A stretch of DNA of 64,000 nucleotides from an uncultured Alphaproteobacteria bacterium (lineage in GTDB: Bacteria; Pseudomonadota; Alphaproteobacteria; Rs-D84): NCBI GenBank assembly GCA_944389185.1, contig CALXLL010000003.1, positions 12,754 through 76,753 of the forward strand, given 5' to 3'. The translations under genes and the position numbers were made by a program. Shown here piece after piece: positions 56,921-64,000 of the stretch (position 1 is the first letter of the stretch; the number at the start of each line of letters is the position of its first letter). Under the pieces are notes generated by a model. It was not told the origin of the DNA. It saw only the letters and a list, made by a program, of their open reading frames with translations, and ran no database searches.

Positions 56921-56997
56921 GGATGTTTAGCTCAGTTGATTAGAGCATCTCGTTTACACCGAGAGGGTCGGGGGTTTGAGTCCCTCAACATCCACCA
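56921..56997 (+). tRNA. tRNA-Val (anticodon TAC)
   Basis: GGATGTTTAGCTCAGTTGATTAGAGCATCTCGTTTACACCGAGAGGGTCGGGGGTTTGAGTCCCTCAACATCCACCA forms a cloverleaf. Anticodon loop TTTACAC. CCA encoded. Confidence 0.88.
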
Positions 56998-57002
56998 GAT
57001 AT

Positions 57003-57027
57003 AAAACCGCAATTTTGCGGTTTTTTT
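57003..57027 (+). terminator. intrinsic terminator after tRNA-Val(TAC)
   Basis: AAAACCGC-AATTTT-GCGG followed by 7 T. Confidence 0.7.
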
Positions 57028-57045
57028 ATTTAACGAAAAGGACGA

Positions 57046-57143
57046 AAACCCCCGAAAAAGGGGGTTGAACCGTAGACACAAGGCAGACGGAAGTATGCCG
57101 GTTTGCAAAGCAAATGTGTCAAGGTGGCGAAGCAGTCCCGGGT
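57046..57143 (+). other. tRNA-3'-end-associated hairpin-rich module, copy B (homologous to 2146-2232)
   Basis: Three hairpins: CCCCC/GGGGG, GGCA/TGCC, TTTGC/GCAAA. They are separated by the blocks TTGAACCGTAG, GG and CAAGGTGGCGAAG, then a degenerate T-arm remnant AGTCCCGGGT. Confidence 0.6.
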
Positions 57144-57183
57144 ATCCACCAGATATAAAACCGCAAAATTGCGGTTTTTTTAT
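57144..57183 (+). repeat. 40-nt direct repeat of the tRNA-Val(TAC) 3' end plus its terminator (copy of 56990-57029)
   Basis: ATCCACCAGATATAAAACCGCAA..TTGCGGTTTTTTTAT occurs twice. The only differences are 2 nt in the hairpin loop (AATTTT versus AAAATT). Confidence 0.9.
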
Positions 57184-57251
57184 AAATAGTTTTGTGTTTT
57201 TTATAAATAGGTATTACAATGTGCTTATAAAACAAAAAATGGAGGAAAGGT

Positions 57252-57899
57252 ATGAAAAAGTTTTTAATCTTTGCTTTAATAGCTTCCGTTCTAAGTTCTT
57301 GTGCAACGGTAAACCCATATACTGGTGAAGCGCAAACCTCAAAAGCAGTGTGGGGCACTGCAATTGGTGCCGCAACAGGTGCTGCAACAGGGGCTTTGGT
57401 GTCAGGTAATCGCGGTGCAGGTGCTTTGGTTGGTGGTTTGGCTGGTGCGGCTATTGGTGGTGGAACAGGTTATTATCTTGACGTGCAAGAAGCTGAATTA
57501 CGTCAAGAACTTGCATCAACTGGCGTAAGCGTTGTTCGTGAATCTGATAATATTCGTTTAGTTATGCCAGGCAATATTACTTTTAAAACAGATTCTTCGG
57601 ATATAAATGCAAGTTTTTATGCCACGTTAAACTCTGTTGCGAAAGTCTTGAATAAGTATGACGATTCTACTGTAATGGTTTTGGGGTATACAGATAATAC
57701 TGGAACCGATGCATATAATCAGACGCTATCGCAACAACGAGCAAATGCGGTTGCGGCGTATTTACAAGGACAGGGTGTAAAAGCTTCAAGGTTTGAAATA
57801 ATGGGTATGTCTTCTTCAAATCCAATAGCAAATAATTCAACCGCAAGCGGACGTCAGCAAAATCGTAGGGTAGAAATTAAGATTATACCTAATAAATAA
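57252..57899 (+). CDS. OmpA-family lipoprotein with glycine-zipper N-terminal region (YiaD-like)
   Basis: 215 aa. Lipobox LSSC, a Gly/Ala zipper (GAATGAATGALVSG..GGLAGAAIGGG), and an OmpA-C domain (GYTDNTGTDAYNQTLSQQRANAV...NRRVEI). Confidence 0.85.
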   Translation: MKKFLIFALIASVLSSCATVNPYTGEAQTSKAVWGTAIGAATGAATGALVSGNRGAGALVGGLAGAAIGGGTGYYLDVQEAELRQELASTGVSVVRESDNIRLVMPGNITFKTDSSDINASFYATLNSVAKVLNKYDDSTVMVLGYTDNTGTDAYNQTLSQQRANAVAAYLQGQGVKASRFEIMGMSSSNPIANNSTASGRQQNRRVEIKIIPNK

Positions 57900-57901
57900 A
57901 G

Positions 57902-57930
57902 AAAAACCCCGCATTTGCGGGTTTTATTTT
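57902..57930. terminator. bidirectional intrinsic terminator (OmpA-like / TrpF-like convergent)
   Basis: AAAAACCCCGC-ATTT-GCGGGTTTTATTTT. Confidence 0.65.
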
Positions 57931-58673
57931 GTTTTTTGCCAATTTAGTGCGGCGTTTATATATTGTTTTGCTCTTTGTATATCGAATGTTTTTGTGCCAG
58001 GTATTTTTAATTTACCTTCTGCATCTATCCATATATCTGTTCTGCTGCCGGCTACTTTTGCAATTTTATCAAGGTTTTCCGAAACATTTTCTGGTGACAG
58101 CCCACCTGCATAACCTTGCGGGTGATTCATATAAACAGGACTATTCCAAGATTCAGGACTTATACCCGCACCATACGAAGAATCATACAAAAGTGAAAAA
58201 TTGACGCCTTTACTGTCAAGTCTTGATATAAACTCTTGTAATTTTTTGTTATTGTTATAAGGAAAAACGAATTCGTTTTGCCTATAATTTTTAATTATCT
58301 TAGAAGTTTTATCTGCGCATGGTATTGAAGTAGCGTCACCAAGATTTAATTGCCATCTTTTTATTATCGGTTTACCGGTTCCTTTATGTTTCCTGTCCAG
58401 TAATTCTTGAAGTTCTTCAGGTATTATTCCGTCACAAAAGTCGCTGCACCAGGCGTGGTTGATATGAATAGCTATATTTAACGGTTGCGAGAAACAATCA
58501 GAAAGCGACAGTAGGTTTTCTAACCACATATGTCTGGGCATACCTTTATTCATCGTAGGGCGATGCGCCTGTATGCCAATTTCTACTTTTGATGATATCT
58601 GAAGAAGTTCAATAACTTTATCAACCGAAGCGTTTTCACGTATATCCGAACAGGTTATATATCTTAATTGCAT
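57924..58673 (-). CDS. TrpF-like (phosphoribosylanthranilate isomerase family) TIM-barrel protein, divergent
   Basis: 249 aa. LLYDSSYGAGISPESW, GYAGGLSPENVSENL and IWIDAEGKLK line up with the TrpF motifs LLD...GGTG..FDW, LAGGL.PENV and VDVSSGVE. Overlaps the rlmN end by 10 nt. Confidence 0.5.
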   Translation of the reverse strand: MQLRYITCSDIRENASVDKVIELLQISSKVEIGIQAHRPTMNKGMPRHMWLENLLSLSDCFSQPLNIAIHINHAWCSDFCDGIIPEELQELLDRKHKGTGKPIIKRWQLNLGDATSIPCADKTSKIIKNYRQNEFVFPYNNNKKLQEFISRLDSKGVNFSLLYDSSYGAGISPESWNSPVYMNHPQGYAGGLSPENVSENLDKIAKVAGSRTDIWIDAEGKLKIPGTKTFDIQRAKQYINAALNWQKTK

Positions 58674-59776
58674 TTATTGTCCTTTGCATTATTTAAGCGC
58701 AATTGACCGCATGCACTCCCTATATCCTGCCCGCGTTCGCGTCTTATTCTTGTATGTATCCCGTTTTTAATAAGAATATCTTGAAATCTATGAACGGCAT
58801 TACCGCTGGGAGAAACGAAGTTTCTTTCGTCTACTGTATTCCATGGTATTAAGTTAACCATGCAGTTTTTCCCAGAAATAAGCTTTGAAAGTTGTTCTGC
58901 TTGTTCTTGGGTGCAGTTATATAATACGGTTTCGCCGTTTTCGTTTTTCTTGGCAAGCAATATATATTCTATCATCAGCTGACGATTGTGCAGGTCTGAA
59001 AACTTAAAAGCATTTTCCAGCACTTCTTCCAGCTTATATTTATGGTTTATAGGCATAATTGTATCGCGCAAATCGTTCGTCGGGGCGTGTAAAGATATCG
59101 CAAGATTAATAGGTCTGCCCCATTTTATCAGGTCTTGTATTCCCGGCACCACGCCGCAAGTAGAAACGGTGATTCTTCGCCAACCTATACCCATATCTTT
59201 ATTTGCTTTTTCTATAAAGCCGATTACGTTTTCGGTATTTTGAAGTGGTTCACCGGTTCCCATAACGACAATATGTGAAACGTCAAAGTTATTCGGGTCA
59301 CCGTTTGCTTTAATTGATTTATCGCTTGTAACAGCGCTTCTTAATTCCCATTGAGCAACCAAAATCTGAGAATATATTTCATTTATCGTTAAGTTTCGTT
59401 TAAGCCCCAGTAAAGTGCTGGCACAGAACTTACAACCCATAGCGCAACCAGCCTGCGAACTTACGCAAACGCTGTTACCATAAGTTGTTCTCATCAAGAC
59501 GCACTCTATTTGCTCGGCATCATTTAGTTGTAATAAGAACTTTGTTGTCTGCTTGTCACTGGATTCTAGTTTTTTTACTATTTTTACCGGTAAAGTTACG
59601 GCAATTTCACTAAGTTTTTGTCTTAATTTTTCTGGTATATTTTTCATAACAGAAAAATCAGGTGCCCCGCGATTTAACCAATCTTCAATTTGTTTTGCGC
59701 GGAACTTAGGTTCACCTAGCCTGGTAATAAAATCTTGTAATTCTGCCGGCGTTAAATTAAATAAAATCGTTTTCAT
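58664..59776 (-). CDS. rlmN: 23S rRNA/tRNA adenine-C2 methyltransferase RlmN (radical SAM)
   Basis: 370 aa. The radical-SAM cluster CAMGCKFCAS sits in SSQAGCAMGCKFCAST. C-terminal GSACGQL. Confidence 0.9.
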   Translation of the reverse strand: MKTILFNLTPAELQDFITRLGEPKFRAKQIEDWLNRGAPDFSVMKNIPEKLRQKLSEIAVTLPVKIVKKLESSDKQTTKFLLQLNDAEQIECVLMRTTYGNSVCVSSQAGCAMGCKFCASTLLGLKRNLTINEIYSQILVAQWELRSAVTSDKSIKANGDPNNFDVSHIVVMGTGEPLQNTENVIGFIEKANKDMGIGWRRITVSTCGVVPGIQDLIKWGRPINLAISLHAPTNDLRDTIMPINHKYKLEEVLENAFKFSDLHNRQLMIEYILLAKKNENGETVLYNCTQEQAEQLSKLISGKNCMVNLIPWNTVDERNFVSPSGNAVHRFQDILIKNGIHTRIRRERGQDIGSACGQLRLNNAKDNKCN

Positions 59777-59961
59777 AATTGATACCTGTCATCGTTTATA
59801 ATTATAACCGCTTTACGCCTAAGCTGTTTAAGTTGTTGTTCTGCTTTTGACATGGCTTGTTTAAATTTAGCGTTTTGCTTAATTATGTCATCTACTTGTT
59901 TATATTCATCTGTTTTGTTGGTTGCGCCGACACCTCACACGCAATCATCTTGTGACGGTGA
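59773..59961 (-). other. in-frame continuation of the surA-like reading frame behind two TGA codons
   Basis: Same frame as 59962-60600: ..QKVP-TGA-SPSQDDCV-TGA-GVGATNKTDEYKQVDDIIKQNAKFKQAMSKAEQQLKQLRRKAVIIINDDRYQL-TGA. The tail resembles the SurA C-terminus (…W..EQR..AYV.I). The final TGA overlaps the rlmN ATG. Confidence 0.6.
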
Positions 59962-60600
59962 TCATGGTACTTTCTGCAAGTCAGCTACTCTTTCCCTTAT
60001 GTCTTCTGATAGCTCGTATTGAAGAGCCGTAAACTTTTGCGGAACGCCACCAAGATTTTCTGCCATTTTTACCGCTTCGTCACAGCTGCTTGGTTTAGTC
60101 AATTTACTTGCAATATCTGCCGGTATATCGGTTAGTCTTACTATCGTCATTTCTATCGGTAAACCGTGTTCTTTCGCCAAGCTGGATCTTTCTTTTTCAA
60201 TGTCTTCTGAAGTTATATCAATAGTAGGCATGATTGTTCTGCCGATTATTATTTGCCAAGCTATATCAGCTTTCACAGCGTTCTGCGCCATAGCTTTTTC
60301 AGAATCTGAAAGGTCGTCGCCAAGATTCATTTTTTTAAGCTCTTTATTAACTGTTTCATCATCTGGAACGGCCCCAAAATTATTCGCATAACTAAGTTTT
60401 ACGTTATCATCAATGATATTTTGTAAGGCTTGTTTGCGGTTATCCGTAGAAACTTGTCCTTGTCGATTCATAAGTTTTGTTCTGGCGGTTATATCTGTAT
60501 CAGTTATTGGTTTACCGTTAACGCTTGCGATTACCGTTGCAGAAACAGCAGGTGCGCTGATTAAACAACATAAAGAAAATATAAAATATAATTTTTTCAT
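59962..60600 (-). CDS. surA: SurA-like periplasmic chaperone (N-terminal domain), frame interrupted at its 3' end
   Basis: 212 aa up to the first TGA. Signal peptide, then IASVNGKPITDTDITARTKL, typical of the SurA N-domain. Position downstream of lptD is as in the conserved lptD-surA arrangement. Confidence 0.7.
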   Translation of the reverse strand: MKKLYFIFSLCCLISAPAVSATVIASVNGKPITDTDITARTKLMNRQGQVSTDNRKQALQNIIDDNVKLSYANNFGAVPDDETVNKELKKMNLGDDLSDSEKAMAQNAVKADIAWQIIIGRTIMPTIDITSEDIEKERSSLAKEHGLPIEMTIVRLTDIPADIASKLTKPSSCDEAVKMAENLGGVPQKFTALQYELSEDIRERVADLQKVP

Positions 60601-60612
60601 AATCTTTTACCT

Positions 60613-62628
60613 TTAATATTTTCTGCCGTCAATACTCATACCGAATTTAAATTGATATGTAGTGTTTCCGATATAGTCACCTTTGATTGCATTATCATGA
60701 CGATATTCCACGGATATATAATAACAAGGGTGAGTATAAAATATACCGCCAGAATGTCTTTGAAATTGGTTTTCTGTTATATTATACGTTGCATTAAAAC
60801 GGATTGCCCATCGGTCAGTCAATTGGATTCCTGTCCCCGCTACTAATTCGTGAATATCGTCATCTTGGGTGAATTCGTCTATAAATTGCTGTGACCATAT
60901 ATGTCCTATGTTTAAGTAATTTCTGGCTTTCCATAAATAAATCGAATTTTCTATATGTCTAAGAGAAAAATTATCTTCTGCGATGCGAAAACGACTTGCT
61001 AAACTTAACCATTTAGAGTTTCTATATTCTAATCTTCCGACATAATCCGAAGCGCCATTATGAAAACCGCTGTTAGGATCTGTTGAGTTTTGGTTTTGAA
61101 AATCATAAGATTGCCCCAAAAATACATTGAACGTTTTCCCGGTATTGTTGAAAGCTGTCCAACTGATACCATAATCTGCGTAAGTTCCATTTTCCCATAG
61201 GTCGAAACCTGCAAACCTGTTATCAGAAAACAAAGAAGCGTCTGATAAAAAAGCGCCTGCAGAATCGTTATTTAAAGCAAATTGAGCATTATCTAAATGG
61301 CGCATAATTGTTAAGCGTGCTTTCGGTTCTATTATCTGAGTCCATGAAGAAGAGGGCTTAAATAAAGGCAAGCTCCATTCAACATAACCACTGGGTAAGA
61401 ATCTGTTCTTTAGTCCGGAAAAACTTTGTCCGTCAATCATTTCTGTATTATTAAAATTATATAAATCGTATCTAGCAGATAAACTTGCCGTTATTCTGTT
61501 TCCCCCCCATAATGTCCAAGGTGATATTATACTTGCTTCACCGATTAATCTTTGTGAAGCAGTTCCGTCGCCAGATATACCAAGAATATCTGCATTAAAA
61601 TTGGCATAAGTTTCTTTCCAAAAAGGTGCCGTTTGATAATTGGCACGTATATTCGGTAAAATATTACCGCTTGGTGTTGTGCTATACAAAGCCCCACCAC
61701 GTAGCTCTTGGAATATGTGAGCGTCTGCGACTACATAACCGGATTGTCCGAATAGCTCTATTTTAGCGCCAGAATCTAAATAAGGTTGTGCGTCATAAAA
61801 ACCATATTTTTGTAAATATGTTTTGTCGGAAGCTCGTGCTAGGAATATAGAAGCCCTTGCGTATTCGCCAAGCTCTATCACATCATTATTAAATATGTGC
61901 CAGCGATTTTCACCGTCTTTATTATGTGTAAAAGAAGCTTGCGTTCTGTATTCGGAATGTTCTGCGTTCAGTCTGTGTTCCAATTGAAACAGTGGGTTTT
62001 CTTGCGTCAGATAAGAAACCGTCGCGGTTAAATCGTGCGTATCTGATATGGAAACATAAAAAGGTATGTTTATTTGCGTTCCCATATTATTTGTAGATTC
62101 TAAATCTGGCATTAAAAAACCTGTTTTATAATTAACAGAAGGGTCGGGCATTTCAAAAGCTGGCAACCAAAATACGGGAACTTCATAAACCCATAAAACA
62201 GGGTTATAAAAAACAAGCATATGACTGTCGTTGTTGTGTATTATTTCAGTGGCAGATATTTCCCAAGCGTTACCAAATTCATCACATTTATCACACGCGG
62301 TAAACATAGCGTTCTTAGCAATCGTTTTTATACCTTCACGGACAATATTGTCGGATTCAACGTATACATTGTCACCTAACCATAATTGTATATCTTTACC
62401 TGTTAGATTTTCGCCTGTTTTATTTATGTAAGAATCGGTCAAAGTCATTTTTTGACCTGTTTCGTTTATAATTTCTGTTTCACCCGATGTTTTAATCGTT
62501 TCGGTATTTAAGTCGTATTCTATTTTTTGTGCCGTAATTGTTTTTGGTTTGTTTAAATCAACAGAAGCGGCTTGAACGTTTTGCACAAGCGCGATTGTAA
62601 ATAGATAAAACCAGATAAACTTCTTCAT
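60613..62628 (-). CDS. lptD: LPS-assembly outer membrane protein LptD
   Basis: 671 aa. Signal peptide, an OstA-like N-terminal domain and a large beta-barrel. Neighbours are lptG and surA. Confidence 0.88.
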   Translation of the reverse strand: MKKFIWFYLFTIALVQNVQAASVDLNKPKTITAQKIEYDLNTETIKTSGETEIINETGQKMTLTDSYINKTGENLTGKDIQLWLGDNVYVESDNIVREGIKTIAKNAMFTACDKCDEFGNAWEISATEIIHNNDSHMLVFYNPVLWVYEVPVFWLPAFEMPDPSVNYKTGFLMPDLESTNNMGTQINIPFYVSISDTHDLTATVSYLTQENPLFQLEHRLNAEHSEYRTQASFTHNKDGENRWHIFNNDVIELGEYARASIFLARASDKTYLQKYGFYDAQPYLDSGAKIELFGQSGYVVADAHIFQELRGGALYSTTPSGNILPNIRANYQTAPFWKETYANFNADILGISGDGTASQRLIGEASIISPWTLWGGNRITASLSARYDLYNFNNTEMIDGQSFSGLKNRFLPSGYVEWSLPLFKPSSSWTQIIEPKARLTIMRHLDNAQFALNNDSAGAFLSDASLFSDNRFAGFDLWENGTYADYGISWTAFNNTGKTFNVFLGQSYDFQNQNSTDPNSGFHNGASDYVGRLEYRNSKWLSLASRFRIAEDNFSLRHIENSIYLWKARNYLNIGHIWSQQFIDEFTQDDDIHELVAGTGIQLTDRWAIRFNATYNITENQFQRHSGGIFYTHPCYYISVEYRHDNAIKGDYIGNTTYQFKFGMSIDGRKY

Positions 62629-63683
62629 TTTTTACTTAGTATAAACATAATTATTACAAAAACAACGAATTGAACGGCAGCCAATATAAAAAATTCTGTT
62701 AAACTTTCTATCATATTAGAAGCCGACATAAATGCGGCCATAGTTATGCCCATTGCTGCGACTGCTATTGCTGGCGCCAGGCTTGCCCTTCTACGAAGTA
62801 GTGACGATTTTAATAATATCATAGTGCATAAAGCAGCAAGTATAATATTCATAAAAGGGTTTAAAAATCTGGAACATAACTCGGCAAGAACCATTTTATA
62901 TTGTTTTTCGGTTTCTATATTGGTTACCGACATTAACAATTCACTTGTCGGTATTCTGCGGACTCTGAACCCGTCTTCACCACCTTTGTCTGCAACGTTT
63001 AAATCCATATCAAAGCTTGAAAACGTGCCCGTTGTATTTCCGTTACCTTTTGCCTGTAAAGCCCCGTTAGACATAACAATAGATAAACCCCTTGCAGTAG
63101 AAACCAGCTTACCTTTTTCTGCAAATATTATTATTTCTGATGTTTTGTCCCTGGTATCAGATAACATTACTTGGGATAGGTCGTGTCCGGAAACTTTATC
63201 TACATATACTACCAAGCCATTAGCAAGTTGAGTAAACGCAGCTTCTTGCAACTTCATGTGGGCCAATCCATACCTCAGGTTCCACTGAGTGCTGTAAAAG
63301 TCTGCCTGTGTTGCGGGGACAATCCATATATTTAAAGCAAGATGCAGTGCAGTTAATATAGAAGCTATAATTAAAGCAGGACGCGCTATCTGTAAAGGTG
63401 ATAAGCCTGATGCTGCCATTACAGTCACTTCATTATCTGATATAAGCTTATTATATACGAATATTATTGCAATGAATGTTACGAAAGGCACAATGATTGA
63501 TATGATAAAAGGAACCATCAGCATAGTTAGTCCCAAAAAACTTGATAGGTTTATACCATAATTTAAAAGGAACTTCATCATAGACATTATATGAATCATC
63601 CAAGCCAGTCCGGTTAAAACCAGCATTAATGTTATGAATATAAACACAAGTTGTTTTATAAAATACTTTGAAAATATTTTCAT
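62625..63683 (-). CDS. lptG: LPS export ABC permease (LptG/LptF family)
   Basis: YjgP/YjgQ-type 6-TM permease with a periplasmic beta-jellyroll insert. Start probably MKIFSKYFIKQL (63683) rather than the ORF-track 63710. Called lptG because of adjacency to lptD. Confidence 0.75.
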   Translation of the reverse strand: MKIFSKYFIKQLVFIFITLMLVLTGLAWMIHIMSMMKFLLNYGINLSSFLGLTMLMVPFIISIIVPFVTFIAIIFVYNKLISDNEVTVMAASGLSPLQIARPALIIASILTALHLALNIWIVPATQADFYSTQWNLRYGLAHMKLQEAAFTQLANGLVVYVDKVSGHDLSQVMLSDTRDKTSEIIIFAEKGKLVSTARGLSIVMSNGALQAKGNGNTTGTFSSFDMDLNVADKGGEDGFRVRRIPTSELLMSVTNIETEKQYKMVLAELCSRFLNPFMNIILAALCTMILLKSSLLRRRASLAPAIAVAAMGITMAAFMSASNMIESLTEFFILAAVQFVVFVIIMFILSKK

Positions 63684-63806
63684 AATTTTAAAGTATAAAG
63701 CCCAAAACAAGCACCGTCAAATAAAAACAGATAAAAATATAAAAATGCTTGATTTTTTACGATTCGAGTATAATAATAAAGACGTTCTTAAAAGTTAAAG
63801 TTTTAA

Positions 63807-63834
63807 GAGCGGGGTTGAAAGACCCCGCTCTTTT
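63807..63834 (+). promoter_or_regulatory. terminator-like hairpin in the nusA leader
   Basis: GAGCGGGG-TTGAAAGA-CCCCGCTC (8-bp GC-rich stem) followed by TTTT, 31 nt upstream of the nusA ATG. A TATAAT lies at 63771-63776 upstream. Confidence 0.45.
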
Positions 63835-63864
63835 AGTAAAATATAAAAATTAAGGAGATAACAA

Positions 63865-64000
63865 ATGTCTTTTGTTTCGATGCCACGTCAAGATTTATTA
63901 TTGGCAATAGATTCTTTGGCGCAAGAAAAACAAATTGAACGCGACGTTGTAATTGAGTCATTAGAAGCCGCTATTGCAAAAATAGCAAAACATAAATATG
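63865..64000 (+). CDS. nusA: transcription termination/antitermination factor NusA, N-terminal fragment (continues past window end)
   Basis: The hand translation MSFVSMPRQDLLLAIDSLAQEKQIERDVVIESLEAAIAKIAKHKY matches the NusA N-terminus pattern (..LL.....S.EK.I....I.EALE.A......KY). AAGGAG Shine-Dalgarno 8 nt upstream. Confidence 0.8.
   Translation, partial: MSFVSMPRQDLLLAIDSLAQEKQIERDVVIESLEAAIAKIAKHKY

Noticed and set aside
57065-57358. ORFs 57065-57328 (+) and 57119-57358 (-) covering module B and the OmpA-like gene start.
   Set aside because: They overlap structured non-coding repeats and terminators and the real lipoprotein gene. Neither has a ribosome-binding site or any recognisable protein features.
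59773-60600. Genome-wide genetic code 4 (TGA = Trp) as the explanation for the in-frame TGAs in the surA-like gene.
   Set aside because: The other roughly 55 genes are uninterrupted under the standard code and Trp is encoded by TGG throughout. TGA acts as the stop in at least five ATGA gene overlaps (1055, 16186, 42808, 62625, 59773).

Overview
AT-rich, gene-dense chromosomal segment with about 58 protein genes and 5 tRNA genes. No rRNA, CRISPR array, transposase or integrase is visible. Gene content suggests a host-associated alphaproteobacterium of the Rickettsiales/Holosporales kind; this is inference from an alpha-type SspB, type-B L36, an isolated virB3-virB4 pair, a type-2 IleRS and scattered operons. 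Most of the window is housekeeping: lipid A and LPS transport (lpxC, lpxK, lptG, lptD, surA-like); cell shape (mreC, mreD, mrdA, rodA, and mreB at a separate site); replication and repair (dnaG, topA, recF, mutS, xseB, nth, udg); translation (rpmJ, rpmI, rplT, rpsO, infC, pheST, ileS, metG, ychF, truB, rlmN, mnmG, rsmG, queH, rnpA); fatty acid synthesis (fabD, fabG, accB, accC); parAB with two parS sites; pnp; and a TolC/MacA/MacB-like efflux operon. Several calls were made by hand and are missing or mis-started in the ORF track: lpxC fragment, rpmJ, infC with an ATT start, and corrected starts for rpmI, pheT, rsmG, xseB, mutS, rpsO and the TPR gene. The items most worth a second look are these. 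(1) Two homologous hairpin-rich modules of about 100 nt, each between an intact tRNA gene (tRNA-fMet, tRNA-Val-UAC) and a duplicated copy of that tRNA's 3' end, with compensatory stem changes between the copies. (2) A roughly 180-nt structured RNA candidate at 31621-31800 with a consensus promoter, a terminator and mutually exclusive pairings. (3) A two-gene cassette of small secreted cysteine-rich proteins inserted on the opposite strand between rpsO and pnp. (4) A surA-like frame interrupted by two in-frame TGA codons but otherwise intact and ATGA-coupled to rlmN. (5) A small accessory islet next to tRNA-fMet and virB3-virB4, with an orphan lipoprotein, a truncated ABC-F gene and a secreted HExxH protein. 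All functional calls rest on motifs recognised by eye; no database search was run.
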